Of a DNA stretch of 64,000 nucleotides, positions 58,879 through 64,000 are shown in pieces. The stretch covers positions 2,496,001 to 2,560,000 of the forward strand of contig OZ243927.1 of assembly GCA_965213925.1 (NCBI GenBank). The letters run 5' to 3'. The stretch is from Trueperaceae bacterium (GTDB lineage Bacteria > Deinococcota > Deinococci > Deinococcales > Trueperaceae). Positions within the stretch are counted from its first letter, which is position 1; every line of letters starts with the position of its first letter. The notes beneath the pieces were generated by a model. That model searched no databases. It saw nothing but the letters and a program-made list of their open reading frames with translations, and was not told the origin of the DNA. The position numbers and the translations under genes are program-made.

Positions 58879-60042
58879 TCACTCGCCGCGCACCGTGACC
58901 TCCACAGGATCAGCTTGCATTTCGACCCGAACGATGCTGTAGTCCGCGCCGTCCACCCTGCCCCAATAGCCCCTCGTCTCGTCCCCCTTCGAAAAGACTA
59001 GGCGCAAACCTCTCGCCGTGAAACTCGCTTCGCCGCCGCCGAGAAACCCTATCCCGCTCGCGCTCGTTTCCGGTGAGTCGATAAGTCGCTCGAGCACGTT
59101 GCCGAGCACGTCGGGTCCGAAAACGTCCGCCGCGAAGATCGTGCCGGGGTCGTAGTAGCTGCCGACCTCTTCGGCGCTGCGCTCCGCCAAGATGCGGAAC
59201 TCACCGGTCTCGGGGTCGAGCGTGTCGCCGCTCGAGATGAGGCTCACTTGAACGCCTGCGAACGTATCCAGCGCGCCGCCTACGGTTTGGGGCAGCTCCA
59301 GAATCACCGCGTGACCTTCCCCCACGACCTCCCACGGACCCATTTCGGGGATGACTAAGGCGGTGTTCTCGCCCACGCCAACGCCTAACCGTGTTCCGGT
59401 CTCGGCGAGTGCCCCTAAAAGCCGACCGAAGCGCCCGCGCTCAAGCGAATGTTGGTCCAAAATAACGTTCCCTACAAAGCCTAAACCGGGCTCGAGTGTG
59501 ACCGGGGTCGGACCCGCTAAGAGCGTGTCGATGCTCTCACCGCCGCTGATCATCGTCTCGCTCATCACGGCTAGACCGGCGCTCGTCCCTGCGACGGGGA
59601 CCCCCGCGTCAAAGCGCTCGCGCAGCGCCGTTAGCGCAGGCGTCTCTAACCACGCCTCCGTGATGCGCCGCTGGTCGCCGCCCGTGAAGAAAAAGCCGCC
59701 GCAGCTTCGGATGGTCGTCAGCACCTCGTCGTCCGAGGTGCTCGCTGGGGCGTTATCGACGGTGATGTCTACTACAACTGCTCGCGCGCCGTAGCTCGCG
59801 AAGTCGCTCACGTACGTCTCGGCGCTGCCTTCGGGGTCGGAGCTTGCGGTGCCGAACACGCAAAACGTCGTGTCGTCCTCGGCAAGCTCGAGGATCGCCC
59901 CGTAAACCGCTTCGTTGCTCGGCTCGAGGCCCCCGCCGATCGCGACGAGCGGTCCCGCTTGCGCGGCGGAAGCCGCTACAAAACCCATGAGTAAACCCGC
60001 GATCATCCAACCGCGCCGACATCCGACCATCCGCTCGAGCAT
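58879..60042 (-). CDS. Cyanophycinase (peptidase S51) with signal peptide
   Basis: AIGGG, FTGGDQ, AGTSAG and DQH...RGR.GRL motifs. Confidence 0.8.
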   Translation of the reverse strand: MLERMVGCRRGWMIAGLLMGFVAASAAQAGPLVAIGGGLEPSNEAVYGAILELAEDDTTFCVFGTASSDPEGSAETYVSDFASYGARAVVVDITVDNAPASTSDDEVLTTIRSCGGFFFTGGDQRRITEAWLETPALTALRERFDAGVPVAGTSAGLAVMSETMISGGESIDTLLAGPTPVTLEPGLGFVGNVILDQHSLERGRFGRLLGALAETGTRLGVGVGENTALVIPEMGPWEVVGEGHAVILELPQTVGGALDTFAGVQVSLISSGDTLDPETGEFRILAERSAEEVGSYYDPGTIFAADVFGPDVLGNVLERLIDSPETSASGIGFLGGGEASFTARGLRLVFSKGDETRGYWGRVDGADYSIVRVEMQADPVEVTVRGE

Positions 60043-60147
60043 ACGTTCCTCCCAAAGATTGATGTGCCGTTCTCTCGGCGGTCCTTACGAGGAAACCGCT
60101 TCGTCCCCTCTTTTTGTCTGCCCATCCCTAGCGTAAGTCACTGAACA

Positions 60148-60549
60148 TCAGTCTAAACTAAACCCGTCGGGCAAGAGTTCAGCCGTGCTGTAGTGCTTGA
60201 CGACGCCCTCGTGGTTGACCATGTAGACGTCCGCGTCTTTTGAAAACTCGAACAGAATCTGCCGGCACGCGCCGCAGGGCGTGGCGGGGTCTTCCGCTTC
60301 TGTATAGACAACCAACTCCGAGAAGCTGCGCTCGCCCGCCGACGCCATCGCCTGAATTGCGGACTGCTCCGCGCAGCGCGAGAGCCCGTAGGAGGCGTTC
60401 TCGATGTTGGCACCCTGATAAACGGTGCCGCTTTCCGCTCGCAGCGCCGCGCCGACCTGAAACTCCGAATAGGGCACATAGGCGTTCTCGCGGACGCTTC
60501 TCGCAGCGTTGAGCAAATCCTGCGGCGGTTCTTGATCTAGCTTGGACAT
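60148..60549 (-). CDS. cdd: Cytidine deaminase
   Basis: AYVPYS.F.VGAA, CAE and PCGACRQ motifs. Confidence 0.96.
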   Translation of the reverse strand: MSKLDQEPPQDLLNAARSVRENAYVPYSEFQVGAALRAESGTVYQGANIENASYGLSRCAEQSAIQAMASAGERSFSELVVYTEAEDPATPCGACRQILFEFSKDADVYMVNHEGVVKHYSTAELLPDGFSLD

Positions 60550-60555
60550 CCTTTA

Positions 60556-61032
60556 CTATACGCTTCCGAAAAGCCACGTTAGAAGAGGGGGTCCCAAAAC
60601 CAAGAGTCCGACAAAGATAGAGCCGACCGCCGCGAGCAGCACCGCGCCCGCCGCCGCGTCTTTGGCGCGTCTGGCTAGAGGGTGAAACTCGGGGGAGGCG
60701 AGATTGACAGCGGCCTCGAGCGCGCTGTTCATAATCTCCAACGAAAGCACGGTGAGGCAGCATAGCAGGATAGGGACGAGGTTGACCCGGAGAACCAGAC
60801 CGAGGAGCAGCGCGAGTGCGCCAACAGCAACTTCGATGCGGAAGTTCTGCTCGGTGCGCCACGTCCGCGCGACGCCCATCCAGGCGAAGCCGAACGAGCG
60901 GCGCAGCTTTTGGCTGTCGATAATTTTTTCGGACTTCGCAGCAACTTGGTCCGCCGCGTTTTTATCCGCCTCTTTATCCAAACCCTCTACAGCGTCAGAA
61001 TGCGCGCCTGATTGCTCTTGAACCTCTCCCAC
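60556..61032 (-). CDS. dgkA: Diacylglycerol/undecaprenol kinase (DgkA family); start uncertain
   Basis: SFGFAW.G, EQNFR, EIMNSALE and AKDAAAGAV motifs. Confidence 0.88.
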   Translation of the reverse strand: MGEVQEQSGAHSDAVEGLDKEADKNAADQVAAKSEKIIDSQKLRRSFGFAWMGVARTWRTEQNFRIEVAVGALALLLGLVLRVNLVPILLCCLTVLSLEIMNSALEAAVNLASPEFHPLARRAKDAAAGAVLLAAVGSIFVGLLVLGPPLLTWLFGSV

Positions 61033-61439
61033 GCTTCCTCCGTCGGATGATCATACCCCAAGAGGTGCGTCACGGCGTGCGCGGCGAGCGTTTTGACCTC
61101 TTGTACGAGGCTATGAGCGTGCTCGGCGGCTTGCCGCTGGGCGGTCTCTACGCTGATAACGATGTCACCCAAGTGAGGAATTTCGGGCATGACGAAGCCC
61201 TCAGTGATATCGTCTGGCTCCGAGGTCGGATAGGAGAGCACATCGGTGGGCGCGTCCACCCCCCGATGTGCCCGGTTGAGTTCGGTGATCTTCGCGTCGT
61301 CGACGAAGACGACCGTGACCTCTCTACGAGACAGTCCTAAGTCGATCATCAGCGCGGTGAGCGCGCGCGCCACCTCCGCCACCTCAAGAGGACCTTCCTC
61401 AAGAGGGCAGTGGGGCGCTTCGTTTAGCGTCTCGACCAC
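60987..61439 (-). CDS. ybeY: rRNA maturation endoribonuclease YbeY
   Basis: PTDVLSY, LGDIVIS and HAVTHLLGYDH motifs. Confidence 0.95.
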   Translation of the reverse strand: MVETLNEAPHCPLEEGPLEVAEVARALTALMIDLGLSRREVTVVFVDDAKITELNRAHRGVDAPTDVLSYPTSEPDDITEGFVMPEIPHLGDIVISVETAQRQAAEHAHSLVQEVKTLAAHAVTHLLGYDHPTEEAWERFKSNQARILTL

Positions 61440-63450
61440 GTTTAAGTCCCTTGATCTCCTCCGCGCTCGGATAGCTCACGCGGCGGTGCAAGATGGCGGT
61501 GAGCAGGCGCTCGAAGGTGTTGGCGATGACCTCTAAATCGTTGAAGTTCAAGGGGCTCTCAGCGAGCTGGTCGTCTTGGAGCCGCTGCTCGATGAGCCGG
61601 TCGATCATCGCGCGGATGCTGCCCTGGCTCGGCTCGACCAGCGTGCGCGAGGCGGACTCGACGGCGTCGGCGATCATCAGCACGGCGGTCTCCTTGCTCT
61701 GCGGGCGCGGTCCGGCGTAGCGGAAGTTGAGTTCCTCGAGCGTGTCTGAATCCTCTAACGCACGTTTGTAGAAGTAGCTTAGCACCGTCGTCCCGTGGTG
61801 CTCTAAAACGAAGGGCTCTAACGCTTTGGGCAACCCATGCTCGCGCACGAGGTCCAGACCGTCGCGCACGTGACTCGTGATGATGAGGTAGCTCAGGTGC
61901 GGCGAGAGGGTGTCGTGCGGGTTCTCGCCCGCGAACTGGTTCTCGACGAAAAACTGCGGGCGCTTGAGCTTACCGACGTCGTGGTAGAGCGCGCCGACGC
62001 GGGCTAGGAGCGCGTTCCCACCGATGTTAGTGACCGCCTGGTCCACCAAGTTCGAGATGATGAGGCTATGCTGATAGCTGCCGGGCGCTTCTAAGAGGAG
62101 TTTTTGCAGGAGCGGGCTCGAGGGGCTCATCAGCTCTAAAAGTCGAAACTCCGTCAAAAAGCCGAAGTTGCTCTCCGCTAGTGGCAAGGTGGCGAGCGCT
62201 AAAATACCCGCCGCCGCGCCGCCGCTCATGATCCAGGCGAGCGAGACGAGCATGGTGAGGCTGCCGAAACTTCCCACGAGCAAACTGTACGCCGTAAAGC
62301 TCAGCGCCGCCACGACGCCGCCCAAGCTACCCGCAAAGAGGAGCGACGCCCGCGACTTAAAAACCTGTGCCAACAGGCTCGCCGCCACGCCGCCGCTCAG
62401 CGCGACAAAGAAGGTGACGAACGCGGTCGCGGGCGCGCAGAACGCCGTGAGCACCGCAAACCACGCGGAGAGCAAAATAGCGCTACGCTCAGCGACGATC
62501 ACGGCGGTGAGGAGCGGTACGAAAGCGATAAAGAGGAGCGTTTCGTCGATGAGCAGCGCTGCGCGCTGCACGCCTAACGCGAGCGCGAAAAGCGTGATGA
62601 GGAAGGCGAGCTGCCTGAGCGTGAGCGTGTCCCTAACACGCCCGTAGAGGTAGACGAGCGGCAAGGAGAGCAGAAACGCCATCGCCAAGCAACCGCCCGC
62701 CAAACGGAGCGCGCGTCTGAACGACTCGGCTCTCGGCTGATAAAAGCCGGTGAGTTCCAACACGCGCAGATCGTCCAGAGTCAAAATGTCGCCCTCTTGC
62801 ACGATCGCTTCGCCCTCTTGCAGGGTGCGCATGACCGGCTCGACGCTTCCTGCGGCGGCGTCTCTGGCGGCTTCGGTGAGGCGCGTATTGGGCTGCGCGC
62901 TGGAGATGAGCAGGCGCTCTAAAAGCAGCCTGACCCTGAGCCGGCGCTCCGGTTCAGCTAGGGACGCCGCGTCGCGGACAAGCTCGGGGAGCGCCTCTTC
63001 GCTGATTCCCGCCGGGCGACTATAAGCGTCGATGAGAAAGCGCTGCACGTTGGCGGGCAAGTTAGCCGACGTAATTGCGCCCAGCACGAGGCGCTGCTGC
63101 GACGAAGATGAGGTGTAGATCGTCTGAATCTGCGATCTAGCGTACTGCCGCTCGCGCTCGGTCGCGATCTGGTCGATGACCTGCACCGTGATGGGCGAGA
63201 CGTAGCGTTGCGGGCTCGGCTGACCGAGTTGGAAGTTACCCTCTTGCCTCGAGCCGTACACGCTGTAAAGCAGACCGGCGAGGACGAATACGAAGAGCAC
63301 CGCCGTTAGGGCGAGCTGCCACGGAACCTGAGTCGAGCCGCTTTGCGGCGTTCGTCGGCGCGTACGGGCGTTGCTTACGCTTGCCACCGGCGCTTTCACC
63401 GCAGCTTTCGCGGTTCCCGCAGCTTTCACAGCTTTAGGTTTGAGGCTCAT
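61399..63450 (-). CDS. pgpH: 7TM-HD phosphohydrolase (PgpH-like cyclic di-AMP phosphodiesterase)
   Basis: Extracellular domain and 7 [21 protein letters not shown] and ADAVES motifs; phoH-ybeY context. Confidence 0.85.
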   Translation of the reverse strand: MSLKPKAVKAAGTAKAAVKAPVASVSNARTRRRTPQSGSTQVPWQLALTAVLFVFVLAGLLYSVYGSRQEGNFQLGQPSPQRYVSPITVQVIDQIATERERQYARSQIQTIYTSSSSQQRLVLGAITSANLPANVQRFLIDAYSRPAGISEEALPELVRDAASLAEPERRLRVRLLLERLLISSAQPNTRLTEAARDAAAGSVEPVMRTLQEGEAIVQEGDILTLDDLRVLELTGFYQPRAESFRRALRLAGGCLAMAFLLSLPLVYLYGRVRDTLTLRQLAFLITLFALALGVQRAALLIDETLLFIAFVPLLTAVIVAERSAILLSAWFAVLTAFCAPATAFVTFFVALSGGVAASLLAQVFKSRASLLFAGSLGGVVAALSFTAYSLLVGSFGSLTMLVSLAWIMSGGAAAGILALATLPLAESNFGFLTEFRLLELMSPSSPLLQKLLLEAPGSYQHSLIISNLVDQAVTNIGGNALLARVGALYHDVGKLKRPQFFVENQFAGENPHDTLSPHLSYLIITSHVRDGLDLVREHGLPKALEPFVLEHHGTTVLSYFYKRALEDSDTLEELNFRYAGPRPQSKETAVLMIADAVESASRTLVEPSQGSIRAMIDRLIEQRLQDDQLAESPLNFNDLEVIANTFERLLTAILHRRVSYPSAEEIKGLKRGRDAKRSAPLPS

Positions 63451-64000
63451 CGAACGCTTTCGTACGCCTTCACGATGCGCGCGACTAAGGGGTGGCGCAC
63501 CACGTCCGCCTCGCCGAAGTAGATAAAGCCGATGCCCTCAATATTTTTAAGGATGCGCTCAGCGATGCCTAAGCCGCTCACGACGGTGCCGGGAAGATCG
63601 GTTTGGGTGATGTCACCCGTGACGACGACGCGGCTATTGAAGCCCATGCGCGTCAAGAACATCTTCATCTGCTCGGCGGTGGTGTTTTGCGCTTCGTCTA
63701 AAATGATAAAGGCGTCGTTGAGGGTGCGCCCGCGCATAAAGGCTAAGGGAGCGACCTCGATGACGCCGCTCTCGAAATACTGCTCGCTGCGCTCGCTATC
63801 CAACATGTCGTAGAGCGCGTCGTAGAGCGGGCGCAAGTAGGGGTCGATTTTGGCTTGCAAGTCGCCGGGCAAAAAACCCAAGCGCTCGCCCGCTTCGACG
63901 GCGGGGCGCGTCAAGATGATGCGTTTGACGCGCTTGTCCTTGAGCGCTTGCACCGCCATCGCCACCGCGAGGTAAGTCTTGCCCGTGCCTGCAGGACCGA
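63447..64000 (-). CDS. phoH: PhoH-family ATPase, 5'-truncated by window edge
   Basis: [29 protein letters not shown] and VVRHPLV motifs. Confidence 0.95.
   Translation of the reverse strand, partial: GPAGTGKTYLAVAMAVQALKDKRVKRIILTRPAVEAGERLGFLPGDLQAKIDPYLRPLYDALYDMLDSERSEQYFESGVIEVAPLAFMRGRTLNDAFIILDEAQNTTAEQMKMFLTRMGFNSRVVVTGDITQTDLPGTVVSGLGIAERILKNIEGIGFIYFGEADVVRHPLVARIVKAYESVR

Overview
High-GC bacterial chromosomal segment. It is probably Deinococcota (Trueperaceae-like), inferred from Thermus/Deinococcus-type Nuo sequences and many -10 boxes sitting 5-7 nt from start codons. Contents in order: a 5'-truncated type III PKS-methyltransferase-FAD monooxygenase cluster; a ribose ABC operon; amino-acid ABC genes; an AAC(3)-family acetyltransferase; an APCDD1-like secreted protein behind a MerR-type promoter; a complete nuoA-N operon interrupted by passenger genes and palindromic repeats; an IS1 remnant with a local duplication; housekeeping genes (ndk, aminotransferase); TPP riboswitch with thiB/thiP; an intact IS982-family element; gntP; aceBA; SPOR-rapZ-yvcK-DOMON; hisCBH; a TPR protein; cyanophycinase; and phoH-pgpH-ybeY-dgkA-cdd. 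The strongest unexplained signals are (1) a strongly enriched asymmetric heptamer AAGAGGT whose AGAGGT core builds several terminator stems as inverted pairs, like a DNA-uptake signal; (2) CTCGAG enrichment with GGCC depletion; (3) a ~110-bp TA-targeting MITE in two copies, one of which breaks a gene; (4) heptamer/octamer-repeat hairpins in operon junctions; and (5) the bacterial APCDD1-like gene. No tRNA, rRNA or CRISPR array was seen. All counts are by eye, and family calls come from motif recognition, not database searches.
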